In this document: positions 28,595 through 37,104 of the stretch, piece by piece
Position numbering within the stretch: position 1 is the first letter of the stretch
Layout of the letters: the number at the start of each line of letters is the position of its first letter
Assembly: GCA_964370765.1 (NCBI GenBank)
Contig: CAYJKW010000004.1
Location: 2,995-66,994, forward strand
From: an uncultured Oscillospiraceae bacterium
GTDB taxonomy: Bacteria; Bacillota; Clostridia; Oscillospirales; Ruminococcaceae
Reading direction: 5' to 3'
DNA length: 64,000 bases
Notes under the pieces: generated by a model
The model's database searches: none
The model's input: only the letters and a program-made list of their open reading frames with translations
What the model was told of the DNA's origin: nothing
Position numbers and translations under genes: made by a program

Positions 28595-28609
28595 TTTTTT
28601 ATTAGATCT

Positions 28610-28647
28610 AAAAGCCGCAAGCCCTTATAACGGACTTGCGGCTTTTG
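28610..28647 (+). terminator. Intrinsic terminator after the CofE-like gene
   Basis: 12-bp perfect stem aaaagccgcaag / cttgcggctttt ending in a T-run. Confidence 0.75.
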
Positions 28648-28688
28648 CATAATGTACTTTTGTAACTTGTTAAAGGAGTTCAGTTTTT

Positions 28689-29243
28689 ATGTATATTGAG
28701 GATAGTCAAAGAACGCTTACTATAAAAATGGCTACTGAAGTAGGGTTCGACCATGCCGGTTACGCTGATATAAGCAAGATGGAATTTTTACCGGAGATAC
28801 GTGAAATGTGCAAAGATAACAGGTGTGGTAAATATGGTAAAAGTTGGGCATGTCCTCCGGCTTGCGGCACACTGCATGAGATAAAAAACCGTATCTTGCA
28901 GTATGATTATGGGATGATTTTGCAAGCTACCGAGAAGATGGAAGATGATTACGACTGGGACGCTATACAGCTTGCAATTAGAAGGTGCAAGGATAGTTTA
29001 AGTACACTATCCCAGCGTTTAAGGGACATGGGTAAAGATATAGTAGCAATGGGAATGGACGGTTGTAGCAGGTGCAGTAGCTGTACATATCCCGATTCGC
29101 CCTGTAGATTTCCTGATGAACTTAGCCCAAGCATGGAGGCATGTGGTCTCTTTGTAACAGCTGAATGCGAAAGAGTAGGAATTAGATACAACTATGGTCC
29201 GCAGACAATGACAATAAATGCAACCATATTTATAAAGGAATAG
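28689..29243 (+). CDS. Cys-rich predicted metal-binding protein (DUF2284-like, provisional)
   Basis: CKDNRCGKYGKSWACPPACG plus a second cluster CSRCSSCTYPDSPC. AAAGGAG RBS. Confidence 0.6.
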   Translation: MYIEDSQRTLTIKMATEVGFDHAGYADISKMEFLPEIREMCKDNRCGKYGKSWACPPACGTLHEIKNRILQYDYGMILQATEKMEDDYDWDAIQLAIRRCKDSLSTLSQRLRDMGKDIVAMGMDGCSRCSSCTYPDSPCRFPDELSPSMEACGLFVTAECERVGIRYNYGPQTMTINATIFIKE

Positions 29244-29301
29244 CAAGCGCCCTTCCTATTTACACGTTAGATAAATATTTATAGGTGTAACTAGTAGTAG
29301 C

Positions 29302-30015
29302 TTATTTTTTTATTATTAAATGATTAAAATACGCAATGTTAATGAATTCCGGCTTATCTACGAGCCTTGACTCAATCTCACTCATCTTAGCTACCCAGCT
29401 TAAATCATCCTGCAACTTATCATCATGCAGGCTTGCAACGGTACGCACACCATACACCTTTTCTATAACAGCCTTGCCGGCTAACCAGTCTAACACATCA
29501 TTATTTTCATAATATTTTATAAAACCAAATGCAGAGGAAAAAGAGTGCTCTCCGTCTAATAATTTATGGGCATCATCTATATCATAGTCCTGTACTATAG
29601 CCTGTATGATACGCCCATTACGATTATGTCTGACAAGGGATAAATTTCCGCCTTTTTTTAATACTCGAAGTAGTTCTGCTATCATCTCCCTGGGGTTATC
29701 TACAAACTCCAGCACAAGGTGGCAGATAACAACATCAAATGATTCGTTTTCTATTTCTTTAACTGTATCAATATCCCCATTTAAAAGCTTAAACGATTCA
29801 CTTTTTATTGCAACATCAATTATGTCTTTGTTAACCTCAATCGCAGTTACATCGTTGTTTTTAGCAAGGTAATCCGAGGTAAAGCAAAACCCGCTACCAA
29901 AATCTAAAACCTTACAATTGTTAATATTCTTTAACTGTGACCATACCGTATTATAAAACACCTTTCCAAGCGGTGAAATGGTATAGTCGTAATACAGTTT
30001 CATATCACTATTCAT
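29302..30015 (-). CDS. Class I SAM-dependent methyltransferase
   Basis: Motif I VLDFGSGFC, plus an acidic residue at the end of beta-2 (VTAIEVN). Confidence 0.85.
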   Translation of the reverse strand: MNSDMKLYYDYTISPLGKVFYNTVWSQLKNINNCKVLDFGSGFCFTSDYLAKNNDVTAIEVNKDIIDVAIKSESFKLLNGDIDTVKEIENESFDVVICHLVLEFVDNPREMIAELLRVLKKGGNLSLVRHNRNGRIIQAIVQDYDIDDAHKLLDGEHSFSSAFGFIKYYENNDVLDWLAGKAVIEKVYGVRTVASLHDDKLQDDLSWVAKMSEIESRLVDKPEFINIAYFNHLIIKK

Positions 30016-30115
30016 AGCGGCTCCTTTTATAATTTTAAAATATTACACAACATGGTTAGCGGATATTGCATTATAAAGCTAATGTTGACGTACTTAATAT
30101 ACATGTTATAGATTT

Positions 30116-30151
30116 AAATGCCTACCGATAGATACTTCTCGGTAGGCATTT
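30116..30151 (-). terminator. Hairpin immediately downstream of the GGDEF gene stop
   Basis: 13-bp perfect stem aaatgcctaccga / tcggtaggcattt with a 10-nt loop. The U-tract on the minus strand is weak (TTTAAAT). Confidence 0.55.
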
Positions 30152-30153
30152 TT

Positions 30154-31875
30154 TTATTTATTGTTTTCTTTATCTCTTAATCTCATGTAATCCTCTTTTT
30201 CCTGTGGTTTAAAGCCCGCAGAAAGACTACTTCCGTAAACAGTGTAGGTGTTTTTGCCTATACTTTTCGAGTGGTACATAGCAAGATCTGCTGCATTAAA
30301 TAGTGTTTCAAAATCCTTACCATCTTTTGGTGATACCGATATACCTATGCTACTTGATATCTCAATATCCACCCCGTTTTCGGCATGATACACCTTATTA
30401 ATCTCATCGCAAATTCTCATAGCCATCTTCGCAATTGAGGCCTCCGACATTGCATTTGTTAAAAACACTACAAATTCATCTCCGCCAACGCGCCCGACAA
30501 TATCATCCGATCTAAAGATAGTTAATACCTTTGCATAAACTTCACACAGAACATCATCACCTGCTGAGTGCCCCATGTTATCATTAATTCCCTTAAAGTT
30601 ATCAAGGTCAAACATGTATAGCGCACCACCGTTGCCCTTGCTAATATAGTCGTCTACCTTTGATGCAAAGGTACCCTTATTAAATGCACCTGTAAGCGGG
30701 TCGGTCTCGGCAACCTGTTTTAACCTTAGGGATTCCTTCTTTTCGATATCGATTTCATCTATTGTGCAAACAGAGATAATATCGTTCGTATCCTCCTCAC
30801 GGTGAGTATTTATCTGCATCCTATACCATAGATATTCATCTGCTACCGTAGTGACTCCGGTTTGTGATGCCGATGCCTTTATAGATTTTGAGCGATACTC
30901 TATTACACTTTCATTGATTCCTTTTTCGAAATTATCTATCAACGATTGTGAGCTTAACGTTTTAATATTCTTAATATCATCCGGATGCGTATACTCTTTT
31001 GACTGCGTTTCCAGAAATTCTGAAAATGTTGGAAGATGTTCGGTTGGTCTTTCTGTTGAACCTATTAACAATCTCGTAAGTATATCTTTTGTGCAGTTAA
31101 CCTCTATAATGATTAACGCAAGATTAAATACAGCCGAGGTTAGAACCCTATCCTTATCTATCTTATCCTCTAAAACCTTTGTTTTTTCTCGGTACAAACC
31201 CAAGTTAAAAACTGCAATTAGCATTAATAACATTATATAGAAGAAAAGTAGCATGAAGGCAACAATTACAATCTCCTGTACCGAAAGTATTAATGAATAA
31301 TAATCCACACGGAATATATAGGAGTTAAATATGATATACAGGACTAAAAGCAATGTAAGGGATAAAAGACCTCTATAAAAAGACTTGCTTTCCATTATCT
31401 TCTTTACAGTGCTCATTGGAATTAGAAGAATAAATAGTAGTAATGCGATTATCTGTATCGCAAAGGAACCTAAATTTATATAAGATACATATTCGGCGCT
31501 ATAGTTTATGTCGTGCATAGATATTTTGTAAGCTATTGAGACTGATGGGATAAGAATAGATCGAATCACAAACAGATGTAACAGCGACCCTATTCCAACA
31601 CCGAATATTCCGGTTACTCTACCCTTAAAAAGCAAAAACAACTCAAAGATCAAAAGCCCTACACATGCAAAATAGGGAGTTGCGGTGCTGCTGTGCACCG
31701 ACGATAAAAAAATCGGTGATATTAATCCATTGACTATACAGACAATGAAAATTGAAGCCCTGTGAAACCTAGTGCCATCGCTTAATATATCACACAGTTT
31801 AAAGTTTAAAAAGGAGTGAACCGATATAATTATAAATGCAATAACATAATATGATATGTCAACATTATTAAGCAT
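30154..31875 (-). CDS. Membrane-anchored diguanylate cyclase (GGDEF with intact I-site)
   Basis: About 230 aa of TM helices are followed by a cytoplasmic linker and a GGDEF domain: RSDDIVGRVGGDEFVV (RxxD five residues before GGDEF). The start was set at the ATG at 31875, with an AAGGAG RBS. Confidence 0.9.
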   Translation of the reverse strand: MLNNVDISYYVIAFIIISVHSFLNFKLCDILSDGTRFHRASIFIVCIVNGLISPIFLSSVHSSTATPYFACVGLLIFELFLLFKGRVTGIFGVGIGSLLHLFVIRSILIPSVSIAYKISMHDINYSAEYVSYINLGSFAIQIIALLLFILLIPMSTVKKIMESKSFYRGLLSLTLLLVLYIIFNSYIFRVDYYSLILSVQEIVIVAFMLLFFYIMLLMLIAVFNLGLYREKTKVLEDKIDKDRVLTSAVFNLALIIIEVNCTKDILTRLLIGSTERPTEHLPTFSEFLETQSKEYTHPDDIKNIKTLSSQSLIDNFEKGINESVIEYRSKSIKASASQTGVTTVADEYLWYRMQINTHREEDTNDIISVCTIDEIDIEKKESLRLKQVAETDPLTGAFNKGTFASKVDDYISKGNGGALYMFDLDNFKGINDNMGHSAGDDVLCEVYAKVLTIFRSDDIVGRVGGDEFVVFLTNAMSEASIAKMAMRICDEINKVYHAENGVDIEISSSIGISVSPKDGKDFETLFNAADLAMYHSKSIGKNTYTVYGSSLSAGFKPQEKEDYMRLRDKENNK

Positions 31876-31896
31876 ATAAAGCACTCCTTTCGTGAG

Positions 31897-33324
31897 TTAG
31901 TTTTCCAATAGTTTTGTTATAATCTCGTTAACAACAATAGGGTTTCCTTTTCCAGAGGTCTTGGCCATAACCTGCCCAACTATTGCCTTAAAGGCATTTG
32001 TTTTACCACTTTTATAGTCCGTTACAAGCTTTTCTGATTTTTCCAATACCTCTTTAACATAGGTTGTCAAGATATCCTTATCACTTATCTGTGCCATATC
32101 ATTATCATCTACGTATTCTTTAACGCTACAGCTACCCTTTTCCCATAAGTCTTTAATTAGTCTTTTTCCTACACTGCTATTAACATACCCGGTACCGATA
32201 AGTTCAGCAATTTCACCTATAACATCCTCATCAATATTCGGAGATACATCCTCCCCCTCTACCATCTTTAAAACATCACCTATCATAAGGTTTGCTAATA
32301 TCTTGGTATGGGACGTTTTTTTAGCAGCTGATTCAAAGTAGTTTGCAATATTCATATCATTTGTTAATAGTTCGGCATCATAAGATGTTAATCCGTAACT
32401 CTTAACATATATTTCCTTACGTGCATCAGGCAACATTGGTATTGTAGCACCAATCTCGTCGATTTTTTGTTTTGTGCTCACTATCGGTAGTAAGTCTGGA
32501 TCCGGAAAGTAGCGATAATCGTTTGCATCTTCCTTTTTTCTCATCGAGAAGGTTTTACCGTTAGACTGGTCAAAACGTCGTGTTTCCTGTACTACCTGCT
32601 CACCTTTTTCTACAAGTTCTATCTGCCTTTTATATTCATAGTCAATTGCCTTTAATATAAACTGGAATGAGTTAAGGTTCTTCATCTCGGTACGGGTTCC
32701 AAACTGCTCAGCACCTTTTTTTCTTATCGAAAGATTAACGTCACAGCGAAGTGAACCTTCGTTCATCCTACAGTCGGAAATATCGGTATAAAGTAGAATA
32801 GCACGTAGCTTTTTAAAGTAGGCTACAGCTTCATCTGCACTGCGAATATCCGGCTCTGAAACAATTTCAATAAGTGGCACACCACAGCGGTTGCAGTCTA
32901 TCATTGTACCCTGTTTTTCGTCATGTACCAGTTTACCTGCATCCTCCTCTATATGGATACGGGTTATACCTATGGCTTTTGTGCCTTTATCTGTCTCTAT
33001 CTCCAGCTTACCTTCGTAGCATAACGGCAGATCATACTGTGATATCTGATATGCCTTAGGCAGATCGGGATAAAAGTAGTTTTTTCTATCCTGTTTTGAA
33101 AAGCTGCCAATCTTACAACCTGTTGCAAGGCCGGCCTTTATCGCATAATTAACAACCTGCTCGTTTAAAACCGGTAATGTTCCGGGCATACCCAAACAAA
33201 CAGGGCAAACCTGTGTATTTGGCTCGGCTCCAAATTTTGTAGGGCAACTACAGAAAATTTTTGTTTCGGTGCTAAGCTCACAATGAACCTCAAGGCCTAT
33301 AACCATCTCATAATCTTTAATCAT
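31897..33324 (-). CDS. gatB: Amidotransferase subunit B (copy 2)
   Basis: It carries the same GatB motifs as copy 1 (IGLEVHCEL, QDRKNYFYPDLPKAYQISQ, GITRIHIEEDAGK). By eye it is only roughly 55-60 percent identical to copy 1. Confidence 0.95.
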   Translation of the reverse strand: MIKDYEMVIGLEVHCELSTETKIFCSCPTKFGAEPNTQVCPVCLGMPGTLPVLNEQVVNYAIKAGLATGCKIGSFSKQDRKNYFYPDLPKAYQISQYDLPLCYEGKLEIETDKGTKAIGITRIHIEEDAGKLVHDEKQGTMIDCNRCGVPLIEIVSEPDIRSADEAVAYFKKLRAILLYTDISDCRMNEGSLRCDVNLSIRKKGAEQFGTRTEMKNLNSFQFILKAIDYEYKRQIELVEKGEQVVQETRRFDQSNGKTFSMRKKEDANDYRYFPDPDLLPIVSTKQKIDEIGATIPMLPDARKEIYVKSYGLTSYDAELLTNDMNIANYFESAAKKTSHTKILANLMIGDVLKMVEGEDVSPNIDEDVIGEIAELIGTGYVNSSVGKRLIKDLWEKGSCSVKEYVDDNDMAQISDKDILTTYVKEVLEKSEKLVTDYKSGKTNAFKAIVGQVMAKTSGKGNPIVVNEIITKLLEN

Positions 33325-34796
33325 TATTTAATGCCTCCCTGCACCTTATTAACATGATATATGTCTGTCTCCTGCTCATATGCATTTCCAACCCTATACA
33401 ATGTTGATTCACTGAATGCATCGCCAATAAGTTGCATGCCAAGCGGTAGGCCATCTTTATTCTCACCACAAGGTATTGCGATGGACGGTAAGCCTGCAAT
33501 GTTTACCGGCACTGTGCATATATCGCCCATATACATCTCAAGTGGAGTTTCGGTTTTCTCCCCCAGTTTATAGGATGCTGTCGGTGCAACCGGTGAAAGT
33601 ATGCACTGATAGTCACCAAATACCTTTGCAAAATCATTCATCAGCAAAGTTCTAACCTGCAAGGCTTTCTTGTAATAGGCATCATAGTAGCCGGAACTTA
33701 AGGCAAACGATCCTAACATAATACGCCTTTTAACCTCTTTGCCAAAGCCCTCGCTACGTGATTTTTTGTAAAGCTCCTCTATATCTGCAAAATCATCGGC
33801 GCGATAGCCATAACGTATTCCATCAAATCGTGCAAGGTTTGATGATGCTTCGGCACTGGAAATTACATAATAGGCAGGAAGCGCCAGCTCCAGCGATGGA
33901 ATCGAAACCTCCGTTATGCTTGCGCCAAGTTTTTCATAAACCTTAGCGGCGTTAAGCACGGCAGTGCGCACCTCGTCCGAAATACCCTCGCCGAAATACT
34001 CCTTTGGAAGTGCAATTTTCAAGCCTTTTACTCCAGCGCTAAGCTCGGCTGTAAAATCACCATATTCTCTATTAACAGAGGTGCTATCTTTTTCATCGTA
34101 TCCGGTTATCGCATTTAATACCACAGCATTATCTGCAACGCTCTTTGTTACGGGTCCAATCTGATCAAGGGAGGAGGCAAATGCAATAAGCCCATTTCTA
34201 GATACTGTACCGTAGGTGGGTTTCATTCCTACAACACCGCAAAAGGATGCCGGTTGTCTAATAGAACCGCCGGTATCGGATCCAAGGGTAAACACAGCCT
34301 CATCTGCTGCAACTGCGGCAGCTGAACCACCTGAGCTTCCCCCTGGGACATAATCGGTGTTCCTAGGATTTTTTGTTACCTTAAAGTACGAGTTCTCGGT
34401 GGTGGATCCCATCGCAAACTCGTCCATATTTAGCTTTCCGAGCATCACAATATCCTCGGAATTAAGTCTATCCATTACATGGGCATCATAGGGTGGAATA
34501 AAGTTTTCCAGCATCTTAGATGCACAGCTTGTTCTAACATCCTTTGTACAGATATTATCTTTAATACCACAAGGAATTCCGGCAAGCGAGGGTAGTGTTT
34601 CCCCTGCAGCCCTTTTAGTATCAATCTCTTTTGCCTTACTTATTGCATGATCATATGTGTTGGTTATATAGGCACCAATCACACCATCGTTGGAATTGAT
34701 ATTATTAATGTATGCCTCGGTCAGCTCCTGTGAGGAGATTTCTTTATTCGCTAATTTGCTTTGAAGTTCAATTAGTGTTAATTTAGTTAATTCCAT
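33324..34796 (-). CDS. gatA: Amidotransferase subunit A (copy 2)
   Basis: Amidase signature [12 protein letters not shown]...[12 protein letters not shown]. It has its own RBS (AGGGGTGAG). Its stop overlaps the gatB2 start by 1 nt. Confidence 0.95.
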   Translation of the reverse strand: MELTKLTLIELQSKLANKEISSQELTEAYINNINSNDGVIGAYITNTYDHAISKAKEIDTKRAAGETLPSLAGIPCGIKDNICTKDVRTSCASKMLENFIPPYDAHVMDRLNSEDIVMLGKLNMDEFAMGSTTENSYFKVTKNPRNTDYVPGGSSGGSAAAVAADEAVFTLGSDTGGSIRQPASFCGVVGMKPTYGTVSRNGLIAFASSLDQIGPVTKSVADNAVVLNAITGYDEKDSTSVNREYGDFTAELSAGVKGLKIALPKEYFGEGISDEVRTAVLNAAKVYEKLGASITEVSIPSLELALPAYYVISSAEASSNLARFDGIRYGYRADDFADIEELYKKSRSEGFGKEVKRRIMLGSFALSSGYYDAYYKKALQVRTLLMNDFAKVFGDYQCILSPVAPTASYKLGEKTETPLEMYMGDICTVPVNIAGLPSIAIPCGENKDGLPLGMQLIGDAFSESTLYRVGNAYEQETDIYHVNKVQGGIK

Positions 34797-34806
34797 CTAC
34801 TCACCC

Positions 34807-36885
34807 CTACTCTATAACCTTAGGCACAGTAATATAGCCATCAAACTTAGTTGCGGCATTATTTAAAAGTGCTTCTCTATTCTCTTTATTGGTAACAACA
34901 TCTGCCCTGAAAACATTTTCCATCGGGATAACATGCGCTGTAGTATCTACTCCGTCGGTATTGGCTCCGCTTAATTGATTTGCAAAATCAATAATAGCCT
35001 CCATCTCGGGTCCCATTGTCACCTTCTCCTCGGCAGTTAGGGTAAGTCTGGCAAGGTGCGCCACATTCTCAACATCTATATGTTGCTGTGCCTTTTTTTG
35101 CTTTGCTGATATTTCGGCTGCAAGCTCACCGCCTAAAGACAGCTCTAATATTTCAAGTTGTTCGGCATCTACCAAGTTAGGAGCCTCGGTCATCAAGCAG
35201 GATGCATCCTTAACCTTAGGAAATGCAATAACATCTCTAAGTGATTGTGCGCCTACCATTAGCATAACTAAACGATCAAGACCAAAGGCAAATCCTCCGT
35301 GCGGTGGTGTTCCGTAACTAAAAGCATTTACCATGAATCCGAAACGATCTTCTATCTCGGCCTCGTTAAATCCAAGGGCTAAAAACATCTGTTGCTGAAC
35401 ATCCTTATTATAGATACGGATGCTACCGCTACCTAATTCTATACCGTTTAATACAATATCGTAGGCCTGAGCCCTTACTCTACCGGGATCGGAAAACAGG
35501 TACTGTACATCCTCCTCATACGGCATTGTGAAGGGATGATGCATTGCAATAAATCTGTCATCTTCTTCAGAGTATTCGAACTGTGGAAAGTCAGTTACGA
35601 ACAACATCTTAAAGTCATCTTTTTTTCTTAAGCCAAATATGTCTGCTATATCTATACGAAGATTTCCAAGTGTTCTGCGAACCACATTTAATTTATCAGC
35701 ACAAAATAGTATGAAGTCGCCAGGCTTTGCATCCATAGCCTTTAGTATTGCATCCACATCATCCTTCGAGAGGAATTTAGTCAACAATGAGTAAACCTCA
35801 CCGTCAGGACGTATTGCTATCCAGGCCATTCCTTTTGCGCCGTAGGATATAGCTTTTTCGGTAAGTGCTTCAACATCACTACGGTTGTAGTCAGGCCAAT
35901 TCTTAACATTGATACCTCTAACAACGCCACCTGATTTTGTAACATTTTTAAATACGGTAAACTCACATTTTTTTGCGATCTCTGTCAGATCTACTATCGG
36001 TAGATCAAACCTTAAGTCCGGCTTATCACTACCGTATCTGTCCATTGCATCTATCCAGCTTATACGTTGAAATGGTTCTGCAAAGTCAATATTCATAGCC
36101 CCTTTGAAGATATATTTAAACATATTTTCAAGATGGCAAAGTATATCCTCCTGCTCAATAAAGGACATTTCCATATCAACCTGTGTAAACTCCGGTTGGC
36201 GATCTGCCCTTAAATCCTCATCCCTAAAACAACGAGCAACCTGATAGTATTTATCTATTCCACCAACCATAAGAAGCTGTTTGAATATCTGTGGGGATTG
36301 AGGAAGTGCATAGAATGTACCCTTATGAACCCTACTTGGCACAAGGTAATCCCTTGCACCTTCCGGTGTGCTTTTGGTTAGCATGGGGGTTTCTACGGCA
36401 ATAAAGCCATCGTTATCAAGATAGTCCTGTGTAAGTTTTTGAACCTTATGCCTAAACTTTAGATTGTTGTATATTTCCTGCCTACGGATATCTAAGAATC
36501 TATATTTTAATCTTAAATCTTCCCTAACGTTATCCTCATCAAGAGAAAACGGTAGTGTTTGCGCCTGAGATAAAACCTTAATCTCCTCGGCAAACAGCTC
36601 TACTGTGCCAGTAGAAATCTTAGCGTTTACCGTATCATCCGCTCTTAGTTGTACGATGCCTTTAAGCTGTACAACAGATTGGTTTTTTAAACCTTCCACC
36701 TGCAAGAATGCATCACTCTGCATATTTTCGGCATTACAAACCACCTGAAGTGTACCTTCTCTATCCTTTAAGTCGATAAAGATAACACCACCCATGTCCC
36801 GTTTTGTCTGTACCCAACCGGCTACAATTATCTGGGATCCGATATGTTTTTCTCTGATTTCTCCGCAATAAGCAGTTCTTAACAT
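34807..36885 (-). CDS. aspS: Aspartate--tRNA ligase fused in frame to a C-terminal GatC domain
   Basis: Residues 1 to about 585 are a bacterial-type AspRS (motif 2 FRDEDLRADRQPEFTQVD, motif 3 GGFAFGLDRLVMLM, ...AFPKVKDAS). After a linker, the last 90 aa (34810-35079) read IDVENVAHLARLTLTAEEK...DGYITVPKVIE, the full-length GatC pattern. Confidence 0.93.
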   Translation of the reverse strand: MLRTAYCGEIREKHIGSQIIVAGWVQTKRDMGGVIFIDLKDREGTLQVVCNAENMQSDAFLQVEGLKNQSVVQLKGIVQLRADDTVNAKISTGTVELFAEEIKVLSQAQTLPFSLDEDNVREDLRLKYRFLDIRRQEIYNNLKFRHKVQKLTQDYLDNDGFIAVETPMLTKSTPEGARDYLVPSRVHKGTFYALPQSPQIFKQLLMVGGIDKYYQVARCFRDEDLRADRQPEFTQVDMEMSFIEQEDILCHLENMFKYIFKGAMNIDFAEPFQRISWIDAMDRYGSDKPDLRFDLPIVDLTEIAKKCEFTVFKNVTKSGGVVRGINVKNWPDYNRSDVEALTEKAISYGAKGMAWIAIRPDGEVYSLLTKFLSKDDVDAILKAMDAKPGDFILFCADKLNVVRRTLGNLRIDIADIFGLRKKDDFKMLFVTDFPQFEYSEEDDRFIAMHHPFTMPYEEDVQYLFSDPGRVRAQAYDIVLNGIELGSGSIRIYNKDVQQQMFLALGFNEAEIEDRFGFMVNAFSYGTPPHGGFAFGLDRLVMLMVGAQSLRDVIAFPKVKDASCLMTEAPNLVDAEQLEILELSLGGELAAEISAKQKKAQQHIDVENVAHLARLTLTAEEKVTMGPEMEAIIDFANQLSGANTDGVDTTAHVIPMENVFRADVVTNKENREALLNNAATKFDGYITVPKVIE

Positions 36886-36912
36886 TGATTATTCTTCCTT
36901 TCGCCTCTATGC

Positions 36913-36950
36913 AAAAAAAGACCTACGTCCCAAAATATGGGACGAAAGTC
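36913..36950 (-). terminator. Leader terminator (attenuator) upstream of aspS-gatC
   Basis: The minus strand reads GACUUUCGUCCCA-UAUU-UUGGGACGUAGGUC followed by U7. It lies 28 nt upstream of the aspS ATG. Confidence 0.7.
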
Positions 36951-37067
36951 CTGTCATTCCTTCTGGGTGCCGCCCAATAAAGCATATTAATATAACCTAC
37001 AGGTTAGCCGAACAGACATAAACAGCCTTGTAATTATAGGCAAATTCACCATGTCGTCTTTACAGTA
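36951..37067 (-). promoter_or_regulatory. 5' leader RNA with degenerate T-box-like motif (candidate tRNA-sensing or other attenuator)
   Basis: The minus strand reads UUGGGCGGCACCCAG (36977-36963), compared with the T-box core GGGUGGUACCGCG. It precedes CUUUCGUCCC, the usual 5' arm of T-box terminators. A small hairpin UAACC-UGUA-GGUUA lies just upstream, and there is a GGUGAA (GNUGNA-like) element. Stem I would be unusually short. Confidence 0.4.
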
Positions 37068-37096
37068 ATTTTACAACAATTTTGTAGTTATGTCAA
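37068..37096 (-). promoter_or_regulatory. Sigma-A-type promoter for the aspS-gatC operon
   Basis: The minus strand carries TTGACA (37096-37091), a 17-nt spacer, then TAAAAT (37073-37068). Confidence 0.6.
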
Positions 37097-37104
37097 TAGT
37101 TAGC

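Noticed and set aside
18962-34796. Two gatA/gatB copies as an assembly duplication or recent tandem duplication.
   Set aside because: The protein sequences differ at roughly 40-45 percent of positions by eye and the DNA is not alignable at a glance. They are old paralogues.
36978-37067. Attempt to assign the specifier codon (Asn AAC/AAU versus Asp GAC/GAU) in the aspS::gatC leader.
   Set aside because: The region is too short for a canonical Stem I, and several candidate triplets (GAC GAC A; AAU) occur. Any assignment would be guesswork without a covariance model or orthologue alignment.
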